In this document: piece after piece, positions 1-9,513 of the stretch
How positions within the stretch are numbered: the first letter of the stretch is position 1
Layout of the letters: each line of letters begins with the position of its first letter
Assembly: GCA_013289145.1 (NCBI GenBank)
Contig: JABDAM010000004.1
Location: 20,635 to 84,634 of the forward strand
Length of the DNA stretch: 64,000 nt
DNA from: Alphaproteobacteria bacterium
Lineage (GTDB): Bacteria; Pseudomonadota; Alphaproteobacteria; UBA11073
Reading direction: 5' to 3'
Notes under the pieces: generated by a model
The model's input: only the letters and a program-made list of their open reading frames with translations
What the model was told of the DNA's origin: nothing
The model's database searches: none
Position numbers and translations under genes: made by a program

Positions 1-1000
1 CTTTAAATTTCAAAACATCACGCGGCCATGGTTCAATCAAATCGCCGGAAATCGCGATAATTTTTCCTGTATAACCAACGCCCGCAAGCCCCGCCACAAC
101 ATCCAGACTGGCCTGCCCGGTGCCGGGAATGATGACCGGACCTTCGGGGTGAGCTTTGACAGCTTCCGCAATCGTTTCGATGGTAAAGGGCGTGCTCGCG
201 TAACCTGGGATGCCATTGAACTTCCCTAACAGGGTGCCGTTTAAATGCCCGGTCGCGTCAATCAATACATCGGCAGCGTGTTCCGCTCCCTTAACCTTAA
301 GCTTGCCATCTTTTGTCCGGGCAATATCATCAACCACAATAGTGTTCATCTTATATGAAAAAATTTTATGCTTTTCGTCCGCGTCATTGCCATCCGCCAA
401 ACCATAGGTGCTGTTTACTGTCAGTCCCGCTTCCTTTAAACGTTGATGCAACATGCCTTTTAAGAATTGTCCATAAATAGCGCGGGGGACATAATCATAA
501 GGCCCAAATTCTTTAGCCATCAAATAATTTTCGGAATCCAGATATGCAATTCTCTCATTGCTCAATCCCTGGGTTTTATATTTTGCAATCTTCTTTTTTG
601 CTTTCTCCACTTTGACCGGGTCTTTATTTAAGTGCCAGGCTTTAAGCCAGTCAACAAATTGGTTAGGATAATCCAGCCCCATCAAAGCTGCCGGCTGATT
701 AAGCGTAAATAAAACGTTTGTTGAATCATAAACATGATCCCCGCCGATGCCCCATTGGCCTGAACCATCAAACATATCTATGTGCAAGGGAATCGGCTGC
801 CCGGGATGCGTTTTGCAATCATGAACATAATTATTTATCAGAGCTAGCAAATCTATCGTCTCACTTGCTCCCACCCCTATCGCGTCGACATGCACAACCT
901 TGCCCTGCGCAATAAGGTCAAAGGGGGAGATGGGCATACGGGGCGCCTCTTTAAAAAGAGGGCTATCCATCATCGGGTCATTGGGAGGAGTAGGAGACAT
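1..1000 (-). CDS. FAD/NAD(P)-binding oxidoreductase-like protein (start present, 3' end runs off the window)
   Basis: Minus-strand frame is open from ATG (complement of 998-1000) to the window edge. It is absent from the ORF track because it has no stop. Translation MSPTPPNDPMMDSP...GKVVHVDAIGVGASE...VLIDATGH...VIIPGTGQASLDVVAGL shows two Rossmann-type Gly-rich stretches and an ATG motif. Confidence 0.4.
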   Translation of the reverse strand, partial: MSPTPPNDPMMDSPLFKEAPRMPISPFDLIAQGKVVHVDAIGVGASETIDLLALINNYVHDCKTHPGQPIPLHIDMFDGSGQWGIGGDHVYDSTNVLFTLNQPAALMGLDYPNQFVDWLKAWHLNKDPVKVEKAKKKIAKYKTQGLSNERIAYLDSENYLMAKEFGPYDYVPRAIYGQFLKGMLHQRLKEAGLTVNSTYGLADGNDADEKHKIFSYKMNTIVVDDIARTKDGKLKVKGAEHAADVLIDATGHLNGTLLGKFNGIPGYASTPFTIETIAEAVKAHPEGPVIIPGTGQASLDVVAGLAGVGYTGKIIAISGDLIEPWPRDVLKFK

Positions 1001-1348
1001 TAAAGTATTCCATGCTGTTACGTAATTACTTAGAAAATGTTACCTAACATATCATAATAAATTCCATCTAAAAACTAAAATTGGATGAATTTTTTATTAA
1101 AATTGTAGCTTTTATATTCAGAGGTGTCGGGCTGTTTCGCCTTCGCCGTTAGTTCTAGATTATGTCCCTAAAGTTTCCCTCTCCCCTGGCCTTCGCCGGG
1201 ACAGAAGGGAAACAATCTTACCAAAATAGGATTAAATTCGCAAGATAAAATCCAAAGCAGCAGGTGCATGGGATTGTTCCGCATTTTTCTTGATGTATCC
1301 CACATCTCTCACTCGTCACTGCATATCCTCCATGCTACACATGCCTGC

Positions 1349-2527
1349 ATGCTGAACCGCCTCTTCGCGCCGCCGCCTGTCACTGATGCTGAGCGCCTCG
1401 CCTGGCTGCGCCTGTCGCGGACGGAAAATATCGGCCCGATTACGTTCCGCAAACTCATGTCGCGCTACGGCTCCGCCGCCAAGGCTTTGGAAACCCTGCC
1501 CGAAATCGCCGCCCGGCGCGGCAAGCGTACCTACAAACCCTATCCCATCGCCAGCGCGGAAAAGGAATTTGCCGCTGCCGCCAAACTGGGCGCGCATATC
1601 CTTTGCCTGGGTGATCCGGCCTACTCACCGCTCCTCGCGCAGATCGACGATGCGCCGCCCGTCATCATGGCGCTCGGGCGTCTGGATTTGCTGGCCCAGC
1701 CCGGCATCGCCATCGTCGGCGCGCGTAATGCCTCCCTGCCCGGACGGCGCATGGCGGAAGTCCTCGCAAAAGATTTGGCCGCCCAATACAATATCGTCTC
1801 CGGCCTCGCGCGCGGCATCGATACCGCCGCGCACCAAGCTGCGCTGACCATCGGCGGCAGTACGACAGCCGTCCTGGCCGGTGGGATTGACATCGTTTAC
1901 CCCCAGGAAAATCAAAAACTGTATGAGGAGATCGCCGACCGCGGCGTGGTGCTGGCCGAGAACCCGCCCGGCTTCCCACCCACCAACCGTGACTTCCCCC
2001 GCCGGAACCGGATTATCGCGGGACTGTCCCTCGCCACCATCATCGTCGAAGCCGCGTTAAAATCCGGCTCCCTCATCACTGCCGAATATGCGCTGGAGCA
2101 AGGCCGCGAAGTCATGGCCGTCCCCGGCAGCCCCATGGACCCGCGCGCGTCGGGGACGAATAAGTTAATTAAAGACGGCGCACAACTCATTGAATCTTCG
2201 AAAGATGTTCTGAGCGCCATCCTTACCAAAAATCTCATGCAAAACATTAAAACCGCTCCGCAATCCCTTGCCGAACCTGCCAATGACTTCGATCCCGCCG
2301 CGCCGTTTGACGATACCTATATTAACCACCTCTGCGACCAGATCCTAACTGATCTGACGTTCACGCCCGTCGCCATCGACGACCTATTGGCTTCGACAGG
2401 CGCGCCCGCTGCCGCCATCCAAACCGCCATTCTGGAATTAGAAATCACCGGCGAGGTCCAGCGTCTGCCGGGCGGGCGGGTGGTGCGAACAATTGATCAT
2501 GAAAGTATAACTGCAAAATTTCCTTGA
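1349..2527 (+). CDS. dprA: DNA processing protein DprA/Smf
   Basis: ORF 1268-2527. The internal start MLNRLFAPPP at 1349 is preferred. GLARGIDTAAHQAAL, AVLAGGIDIVYP and FPRRNRIIAGLS are typical DprA Rossmann-domain motifs. dprA lying upstream of topA is a common synteny. Confidence 0.85.
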   Translation: MLNRLFAPPPVTDAERLAWLRLSRTENIGPITFRKLMSRYGSAAKALETLPEIAARRGKRTYKPYPIASAEKEFAAAAKLGAHILCLGDPAYSPLLAQIDDAPPVIMALGRLDLLAQPGIAIVGARNASLPGRRMAEVLAKDLAAQYNIVSGLARGIDTAAHQAALTIGGSTTAVLAGGIDIVYPQENQKLYEEIADRGVVLAENPPGFPPTNRDFPRRNRIIAGLSLATIIVEAALKSGSLITAEYALEQGREVMAVPGSPMDPRASGTNKLIKDGAQLIESSKDVLSAILTKNLMQNIKTAPQSLAEPANDFDPAAPFDDTYINHLCDQILTDLTFTPVAIDDLLASTGAPAAAIQTAILELEITGEVQRLPGGRVVRTIDHESITAKFP

Positions 2528-2623
2528 CTTTATGCCCGTTATTTAAATATCTTAAGGGCAGTAGAATAAGTTTATAATTGATAACAAAGAAATAATTAAC
2601 CTTAAACTCAATGGAGAAAATTA

Positions 2624-3298
2624 ATGGCATTATTAACATCTATGACAGCAGGCACCGGAACAGACGGTGAAAATCCGCTTACGGCGCTGATTAGCGAAAT
2701 AAAGCTGATGCTTGAAGAAACCGGTCTTGAGCTGAAAAAAAAGATGGATCTTCATTTTCTTCAAAAAACCATGGGATATATGAACCCAGCTACAGAGGCC
2801 GAGGAGCGCAAGAAACCGTTCCATTTTAAAAATCCAAATCGCACCGCCTATCTTCAAACAGATATTCTCGCGTTTTCTGATGAGAGATACCAGGAAGACG
2901 ACCGGCTGCTTCTTGCCCTCAGTGCAATCGAGGTTTTACCCGTGCTATCTGAAGCTGATCAGATCAGAGTTGGAGAAAAATTGGTGGAAAGCATGGTTCA
3001 ATGGAGCCACGAGCAACATGCTGTAGCTACAGTCAACGCCCCAGGTATTCTATCCCTCCAGCCAGAACGAGGTTATACGGTTAACCTGAAACTGCCGGTA
3101 AATCCTGTTTGGGACGCATTCCAGGAGCAATGGCCGGAATTTTCTTCAGGTGCGCAAATCGCTATGGCTAAAAAATACAAAGAAGTTGATGCAAACCCTA
3201 CTGATGGCTCAAAGCCATGGTCTAAAAGGGCTATTTTTGTGGCAACCCCTAAGGCAACGGGTCGCTTGATAAGAGAAGCTCGTGTAGAGCCGTCTTAA
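2624..3298 (+). CDS. hypothetical protein (AT-rich orphan between dprA and topA)
   Basis: 224-aa ORF with GGAG 8 nt upstream of the ATG, followed by a terminator hairpin. I recognise no motif. Confidence 0.5.
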   Translation: MALLTSMTAGTGTDGENPLTALISEIKLMLEETGLELKKKMDLHFLQKTMGYMNPATEAEERKKPFHFKNPNRTAYLQTDILAFSDERYQEDDRLLLALSAIEVLPVLSEADQIRVGEKLVESMVQWSHEQHAVATVNAPGILSLQPERGYTVNLKLPVNPVWDAFQEQWPEFSSGAQIAMAKKYKEVDANPTDGSKPWSKRAIFVATPKATGRLIREARVEPS

Positions 3299-3321
3299 TA
3301 TTTATAATAAACAATAGTCCG

Positions 3322-3366
3322 ACCCCATTTTTAAACTTCGCGTTTAGAAATGGGGTTATTTTTTGC
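3322..3366 (+). terminator. Rho-independent terminator candidate
   Basis: CCCCATTT ... AAATGGGG stem followed by TTATTTTTTG, directly after the stop at 3298. Confidence 0.5.
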
Positions 3367-3515
3367 CTTAAATCATAATTCGATCTCTATCATAATTAGG
3401 GTATACGGGGACTTTGATAATTGGCCTAATTAAGCGCTTAATAATTTTTTTGTTTGACAGGCGGCTAGGCAATCACTTATAGGGCGCCCCTACCGCCCCC
3501 TTACCCGGAACACGA

Positions 3516-6131
3516 ATGCCCCATAACCTCGTCATCGTCGAAAGCCCGTCAAAGGCTAAGACCATCGGTAAATATCTCGGCCCCGGCTATGAGGTTTTGG
3601 CGAGCTTTGGCCATGTGCGCGACCTGCCGCCCAAGGACGGCTCGGTGCGGCCGGACGAGGATTTCGCGATGGAATGGGAACTGGGCGACCGCGCGGCCAA
3701 ACCGGTGCGGGATATTCTGACCGCGGCCAAGGCCGCCGACACCATCTTTCTCGCCACCGACCCGGACCGGGAGGGTGAGGCCATTTCCTGGCACCTGGAA
3801 CAGATCCTGCGGGACAAGAAACTGGACAAGGGCCGCACCATCGGCCGCGTGACCTTTAATGAGATCACCAAGGGCGCGATCCAGGCCGCCTTCAAACACC
3901 CGCGCGAGGTAAATGCAGAGCTGGTTGAAGCCTACCTCGCCCGCCGGGCGCTGGATTACCTGGTGGGCTTTACACTCTCACCTATATTATGGCGCAAACT
4001 GCCAGGCGCGCGTTCGGCGGGGCGCGTGCAGTCGGTTGCGCTGCGCCTGATCTGTGAACGCGAAACCGAAATCGAAAAATTCCGCGCGGAGGAATACTGG
4101 ACCATCGAAGCCACCATCGCCGCGCCGGACGGTTCAACCTTCCCCGCCCGCCTGACGCATTGGGAAGGGCAGAAGTTAGAAAAATTCTCCATCACCCGCG
4201 AAGCCGAGGCGCGCGCGATTGCGGACAAACTGGTAGGGCAAAGTTTCACCGTCGCGGCGCAAACGAAAAAAGAAGTGCGGCGTAATCCTGGGCCGCCATT
4301 TATTACTTCGTCGATGCAGATGGAATCCGCACGTAAACTCGGCTTCGGCGCGCAGGCGACGATGCGATTGGCGCAACAATTATACGAAGGCGTCGACATC
4401 GGCGGCGAAACCGTCGGCCTGATTACCTATATGCGTACTGACGGCGTTCAATTGTCTGAGGAAGCGATTGGGTCTTGCCGTTCGATGATTGACCAAATGT
4501 ACGGGCAAGATTATCTGCCCGCCGCGCCGCGTGTTTATGTCAGCAAAGCCAAAAACGCGCAGGAAGCACATGAGGCTATCCGCCCCACCGATTTGCATCG
4601 TCATCCGGATAAAGTGAAAAAATATTTAAACGATGACCAGCTCGCTTTATACGATATGATCTGGAAACGCACATTGGCCGCGCAGATGGAAAGCGCGGTA
4701 TTGGATCAGACGACGATTGATTTATCGGGGCCGAATAATTCCACGCTGCGCGCGAGCGGCAGCGTGATTAAATTCGACGGCTTTTTAAAAGTTTATACCG
4801 AGGGCAAAGACGACGTTACAGACGGCGCCAGCAAATCCGAAGACGATGAAAACCGCCGCTTGCCCAGCCTGAAAGACGGCGCGGTCTTGCCCGCGAAAGA
4901 AATTTCGCCCGAACAGCATTTCACCCAGCCGCCGCCGCGTTATAGCGAAGCGACGCTGGTAAAGGCGCTGGAAGAACTCGGCATCGGGCGGCCATCCACA
5001 TACGCAAGCATTATTAATGTCCTGCAGGAACGCAATTACGTCGCGCTCGACCGCAAGCGGTTTATTCCCAGCGACCGCGGACGAATCGTTACGTCGTTCC
5101 TGGAAAACTTTTTCCACAAATATGTGGAATATGATTTCACCGCGGGACTGGAAGAACAACTGGACGACGTTTCCGGCGGGCGTTTGAATTGGAAAAAACT
5201 GTTGCGCGATTTTTGGGGTGATTTTTCCGCCGCGATCGACAGCGCGAAACCGCTGACGATCACGCAGGTGATTGATACGCTGGACGCCGAACTCGAAGCG
5301 CATTTGTTCCCGCCGCGCGCGGACGGCACGGACCCGCGTAAATGTCCGCTGGATGGCGGACGGCTGGGTTTGAAACTCGGACGGTTCGGCGCGTTTATCG
5401 GCTGTTCGAATTATCCCGAATGCGAATACAAACGCCCGATGAGCGTCGGCGAAGGCGGCGCGACAGGTGAAGACGGCGAAAACAACGGCCCGCGCGTGCT
5501 GGGCACGCATCCCGACACGGGTGATAATATCGAAGTCAAAATCGGGCCTTACGGCCCCTACGTTGAAATGCCGGGGCCGGAAGGCAAGCCGAAACGCGCG
5601 TCCTTGCCGCGCGGCGCGAAGATTGCGGATCTGACGCTGGAAAAGGCGGTTGATTTGTTGTTGCTGCCGAAAGACTTGGGCATCTTTCCGGAAACGGGTG
5701 AGAAAATTTTGGCCAATGTCGGGCGGTTCGGCCCCTATGTTCAGGCAGGTAAAATTTTCGCCTCCGTGCCAAAAGGCGAGGATATTCTCGAGGTTGGACT
5801 CAACCGCGCGATTGCGCTATTGATGGATAAGAAAGAAAAGATGAAGCCGCTGCGCATCCTGGGCGAACACCCCGAGGGCGGCGAAGTCGGCATCTACGCC
5901 GGGCGGTTCGGACCCACCGTGCGGCACAACAACAGGGAGGCGAATTTGACACGCGTAGTTGTAATCGACGATATCACGCTGGAAGAAGCAATCAAATTGC
6001 TGGCCGAAAAAGGCCGCGCGCGGTTGGGCACGAAGACTAAGCCCGCGAAAAAGGCGGCGGCAAAGAAAGCGGCCCCTAAAACAGTGGCAAAAGTTGCCGG
6101 TAAAAAACCCGCGCGCGCGAAAGCGAAGTAA
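3516..6131 (+). CDS. topA: DNA topoisomerase I
   Basis: 871 aa. N-terminal TOPRIM VIVESPSKAKTIGKYLG, DPDREGEAISWH, YMRTDG active-site region, C-terminal Zn-ribbon CPLDGG...CSNYPEC and a Lys/Ala-rich tail. Confidence 0.95.
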   Translation: MPHNLVIVESPSKAKTIGKYLGPGYEVLASFGHVRDLPPKDGSVRPDEDFAMEWELGDRAAKPVRDILTAAKAADTIFLATDPDREGEAISWHLEQILRDKKLDKGRTIGRVTFNEITKGAIQAAFKHPREVNAELVEAYLARRALDYLVGFTLSPILWRKLPGARSAGRVQSVALRLICERETEIEKFRAEEYWTIEATIAAPDGSTFPARLTHWEGQKLEKFSITREAEARAIADKLVGQSFTVAAQTKKEVRRNPGPPFITSSMQMESARKLGFGAQATMRLAQQLYEGVDIGGETVGLITYMRTDGVQLSEEAIGSCRSMIDQMYGQDYLPAAPRVYVSKAKNAQEAHEAIRPTDLHRHPDKVKKYLNDDQLALYDMIWKRTLAAQMESAVLDQTTIDLSGPNNSTLRASGSVIKFDGFLKVYTEGKDDVTDGASKSEDDENRRLPSLKDGAVLPAKEISPEQHFTQPPPRYSEATLVKALEELGIGRPSTYASIINVLQERNYVALDRKRFIPSDRGRIVTSFLENFFHKYVEYDFTAGLEEQLDDVSGGRLNWKKLLRDFWGDFSAAIDSAKPLTITQVIDTLDAELEAHLFPPRADGTDPRKCPLDGGRLGLKLGRFGAFIGCSNYPECEYKRPMSVGEGGATGEDGENNGPRVLGTHPDTGDNIEVKIGPYGPYVEMPGPEGKPKRASLPRGAKIADLTLEKAVDLLLLPKDLGIFPETGEKILANVGRFGPYVQAGKIFASVPKGEDILEVGLNRAIALLMDKKEKMKPLRILGEHPEGGEVGIYAGRFGPTVRHNNREANLTRVVVIDDITLEEAIKLLAEKGRARLGTKTKPAKKAAAKKAAPKTVAKVAGKKPARAKAK

Positions 6132-6137
6132 CCGTTA

Positions 6138-6848
6138 TTACGGTTTTGGCTGACCGCCGCCCGGGGTGCCGGGTTTATGATCGCCTTGATTGCCGCCACC
6201 AAAGCCCAAACGGTCTTTTAACCATTGCCCGAGACGTTTTTTGGGCTGGATATCTGGTTCCGGCGCACGGGGATATAAGGCAGGCACAATTTCATTTTTC
6301 CAGATCGTATCGAAATGCTGCTGCTGCATTGCGGGCTCCAAGACGGAAAACGGGATGGCGTCGCGGTTTTCCAAATATTCTTCCGATACCAGCCGCGCGC
6401 CGCTCGCGCATAAATCCCGCAAAACACGGTACCATTCTTTTTTCAGGATTTCGTTTTTCTGCTGACTTTGCTCATTTGTTTCTGTCCATACAATTAATCG
6501 GTTCGTATGTTCGTAAATCTTTGGTCCGCCAAATTCATCAAAGAAAATTTGGGCTGATTTACAATCTAATAACCGCTTGAATAAATAATCTTTAAACTCC
6601 CATTGATGATCCAGTGCACAAATTTGCGCAGAATAATTTGTGTCATAATTGTTAAAACCACCGGAAATCTGGGCATCAAATTTCCTTACCCGCCACAGCA
6701 AAACCGCAAAATCTTTCAACGCCGCATATTGCCCACGGTTGGGATCGGACTGATCATCCGGCGCGGCATCCGGGTTTTCAATGTCCGCGATCAGGCTGCG
6801 CATTTGCGGTGCTTCGGCAATCTCGTCTATGCTTTCTTGCATGTTCAT
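6138..6848 (-). CDS. hypothetical protein, tandem paralog A
   Basis: ORF 6138-6902. The MNMQESIDE start at 6848 is preferred because AAGGA lies 7 nt upstream. Shares FKD(Y/F)LF...AQIFF(D/N)..G.P(K/E)IY and a conserved C-terminal block with the neighbouring ORF. Confidence 0.55.
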   Translation of the reverse strand: MNMQESIDEIAEAPQMRSLIADIENPDAAPDDQSDPNRGQYAALKDFAVLLWRVRKFDAQISGGFNNYDTNYSAQICALDHQWEFKDYLFKRLLDCKSAQIFFDEFGGPKIYEHTNRLIVWTETNEQSQQKNEILKKEWYRVLRDLCASGARLVSEEYLENRDAIPFSVLEPAMQQQHFDTIWKNEIVPALYPRAPEPDIQPKKRLGQWLKDRLGFGGGNQGDHKPGTPGGGQPKP

Positions 6849-6858
6849 GTCACAATCC

Positions 6859-7497
6859 TTACCTCGGCGCCAGCGGTGGTTCAACAGAGCGCTGATGGCC
6901 AACGCCGCTGAGGTGCAATTTTTCTTTCATCCAATTTCCAGCACGACGCACCGGGCCTGGGAAAAGCGTCGGCTCAACCTGATGTTTCCACAAAAACTCA
7001 AAATGTTTCCGTTTATCTTTATCAGCATAAATTGAGAAAGGCGCGATGCCGGGCTTTTTATTCAGCCATTTTTGCGACACCAGCGTAATTTCCCGCGCCG
7101 CCAAAAAATCCTGCACGATTTTCCCATGTTCGGCCGTTATGATTTGCACGTTTTTTTCTTTTTGCGCAGGATCCGGCAAGTCTCGAACCCATTTCCCATG
7201 AACACTTGCATAAATTTCCGGATTTCCTTGGTCATTAAAGAAAATCTGCGCATCATCACTTCGGATCAAATCCATAAACAAAAAATCTTTAAATTCAGCC
7301 CGGTCGGCAGCCAGGTTTTTGGTGAATGCCAGCCCGCCAAACTCGTCATCCCCCCAAATTTCGGTGTAAAACGCCATCGACTTTTGCAACGCCTTGGCGC
7401 GGTGGGCCAGGTTGGCGAATATGCGGTTTTCCGGGTCGGGGTCGGTTTTATTCGCGGGTTCAGGCATGGCTTCAATCGCGCTAATCAGGCTTAACAT
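6859..7497 (-). CDS. hypothetical protein, tandem paralog B
   Basis: ORF 6859-7713. The MLSLISAIE start at 7497 is preferred because GGAGG lies upstream. It is a paralog of 6138-6848. Confidence 0.55.
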   Translation of the reverse strand: MLSLISAIEAMPEPANKTDPDPENRIFANLAHRAKALQKSMAFYTEIWGDDEFGGLAFTKNLAADRAEFKDFLFMDLIRSDDAQIFFNDQGNPEIYASVHGKWVRDLPDPAQKEKNVQIITAEHGKIVQDFLAAREITLVSQKWLNKKPGIAPFSIYADKDKRKHFEFLWKHQVEPTLFPGPVRRAGNWMKEKLHLSGVGHQRSVEPPLAPR

Positions 7498-7653
7498 TTT
7501 ACTCTCCTCCGCAATCGGGCGGATACCGTCTGGTTTTATAATCATGTATATCCTCAAGATTATACGCGAATGTACGAAATTTCCGGCCCAAAAGTCAAAT
7601 AATCTCAACCGGAAATACTTGCGCGCCGGGGCCGATGCGTTAGGCTGTGGCCC

Positions 7654-9513
7654 ATGCGCCGCAAAAAGCCCGCCCCAAAAGCCAAGCACCCCAAGGGCGG
7701 CGGCAGGCATCATCCGAAAAAACCCGCCGCGCGCGCGCCGCGTGAGCGCAAATCCGAAATCTATGGCCTCGCCGTGCAGGACGGGCGCGCGTGGCTGCTA
7801 CAGCCCATCACGCGGCGGGATAATAATGTTTATCAATTGCTGGACGGCAAAACGCGCGGCGTTGCGGAAGGCGACATCATCCGCGCCACCGTCGTCGGCC
7901 CGCCGCGCGGGCGGCATCAGAATGTCAGTTTTGAAGAAAAAATCGGGCACCAGAATGACGCGGGGATTTTCCATACCCTGGCCGCGCTGGCGCTCGATCT
8001 GCCCCGTGAATTTTCCGCCGACGCGATGCATGAGGCGGAGCGCGGCAGCGTCCCCACGCTCGGCGACCGCACGGATTTGCGCGATGTGCCCCTGGTCACG
8101 ATTGACGATATCGACGCGAAAGATTTTGACGATGCCGTTTACGCGGAAAAAACCGCGCAAGGTTTCCGCCTGATCGTCGCCATTGCCGACGTGGCGCATT
8201 ATGTCGCCGCAGGCGGCGCGCTGGACAAAGAGGCATTCGAACGCGGCAATTCGGTTTACTTTCCCGGGCATGTGATCCCAATGCTGCCGGAGCGGCTATC
8301 AAACGGTTTGTGTTCCCTGCGCCCACACGAACAGCGCGCGGCGCTGGCGTGCGAAATGCAAATCGACGCGCAAGGAAATGTGAAATCGTGGAAATTTATC
8401 CGCGCCTTGATGCGCTCCGCCGCGCGCCTGACGTATCGGCAAATGCAAGACGCCGCGAATGGAGTTTTGGATGACACGACGACGCCGATTTTGGATACCG
8501 TCATCCGCCCGCTCTATGATTGCTATCACGCGCTGCTCAAGGCGCGTCATGCGCGCGGCACGCTGGATCTGGACTTACCAGAATATAAAATCGTCTTTGA
8601 CGACGCCGGACATGCGGATGCGATTGCGCCGCGCACGCGCCTCGACAGCCACCGGTTGATCGAAGAAATGATGATCGCCGCGAATGTTTGCGCGGCGATG
8701 GAATTGAATAAACACAATGCCCCTGCCCTGTACCGCATTCACGACGCGCCCGATCCGATAAAGCTGGAAGCCGCGCGCGAGATTTTGTCCAGCCTGGGTT
8801 TCAATCTCGTCAAAGGCACGCCGCAGCCGCGCGATTTCATGCAGATTTTGGAAAAATCAAAAGGCCACATTGAATCGCCGCTAATCAACCAAACCATTTT
8901 ACGCACACAATCGCAGGCGATTTACACGCCCGGCCATGCGGGACATTTCGGCCTTGCGCTCACGCACTATACGCATTTCACGTCGCCAATACGGCGGTAT
9001 GCGGATTTGATCGTGCATCGGGCGTTGATCGCCAGTTTAAAATTCGGCGCGGAAGAAGCACCGCAACGCAGCCGCCTGGAAGAAATCGCCACCCACATTA
9101 ACGTCACCGAACGCCGCGCGATGGAGGCGGAACGCCAGGTCATGGACCGCTACCGCGCCAGCATGATGGCAGGCATGGAGGGCCAGATTTTCACCGCGCG
9201 GATCAGCAGCGTGACGCGTTTCGGCGCCTTTGTGACGCTGCCCGAGTCCGGCGCGGACGGGATTATTCCGATGCGCCACCTGGGCCGCGATTATCTGACG
9301 TTCCAGGAAGGCAAACCGTACCTGGCAGGCCGCAACGGCAAACCTGTCTGGCGGCTCGGCCAGATCATCAGCGTGAAATTGCTGGAAGTCACGCCGATTT
9401 CCGGAGGGCTGGTTTTTGCCGTGGCCGAAGCGCCAAGGCCCTTGCCCAATGCGCCGACATCTGTAAAATCCGCCCCTAAATCCGAACGAAAATTCAGGAG
9501 ACCCAAATCATGA
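7654..9513 (+). CDS. rnr: ribonuclease R / RNase II family exoribonuclease
   Basis: RNB domain motifs DDIDAKDFDDAVYAEK and HFGLALTHYTHFTSPIRRYADLIVHR. C-terminal S1-like domain (FTARISSVTRFGAFVTL) and a basic tail. Confidence 0.85.
   Translation: MRRKKPAPKAKHPKGGGRHHPKKPAARAPRERKSEIYGLAVQDGRAWLLQPITRRDNNVYQLLDGKTRGVAEGDIIRATVVGPPRGRHQNVSFEEKIGHQNDAGIFHTLAALALDLPREFSADAMHEAERGSVPTLGDRTDLRDVPLVTIDDIDAKDFDDAVYAEKTAQGFRLIVAIADVAHYVAAGGALDKEAFERGNSVYFPGHVIPMLPERLSNGLCSLRPHEQRAALACEMQIDAQGNVKSWKFIRALMRSAARLTYRQMQDAANGVLDDTTTPILDTVIRPLYDCYHALLKARHARGTLDLDLPEYKIVFDDAGHADAIAPRTRLDSHRLIEEMMIAANVCAAMELNKHNAPALYRIHDAPDPIKLEAAREILSSLGFNLVKGTPQPRDFMQILEKSKGHIESPLINQTILRTQSQAIYTPGHAGHFGLALTHYTHFTSPIRRYADLIVHRALIASLKFGAEEAPQRSRLEEIATHINVTERRAMEAERQVMDRYRASMMAGMEGQIFTARISSVTRFGAFVTLPESGADGIIPMRHLGRDYLTFQEGKPYLAGRNGKPVWRLGQIISVKLLEVTPISGGLVFAVAEAPRPLPNAPTSVKSAPKSERKFRRPKS

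Noticed and set aside
1173-1213. Extended imperfect hairpin (GTTTCCCT...CCTGGC-CTTC-GCCGGG...AGGGAAAC) in the divergent promoter region upstream of dprA.
   Set aside because: Single copy in this window, no T-tract, and located between divergent starts, so it is not a terminator. Evidence is insufficient to call it a REP element or operator.
1316-2283. Several long ORFs antisense to or out of frame with dprA (1316-1597, 1386-1847, 1621-1979, 1912-2283). Similar sets occur inside topA, rnr, fabD, rmuC and the DotA-like gene.
   Set aside because: These are typical shadow ORFs of GC-rich coding sequence. Their translations are Arg/Ala/Pro/Gly-rich low-complexity strings, whereas the overlapping frame has clear family motifs.
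7394-8173. A 259-aa ORF overlapping the 5' part of rnr and the paralog B upstream region.
   Set aside because: It is out of frame with the well-supported RNase R reading frame, and its translation is Arg/Ser/Pro-rich low complexity.
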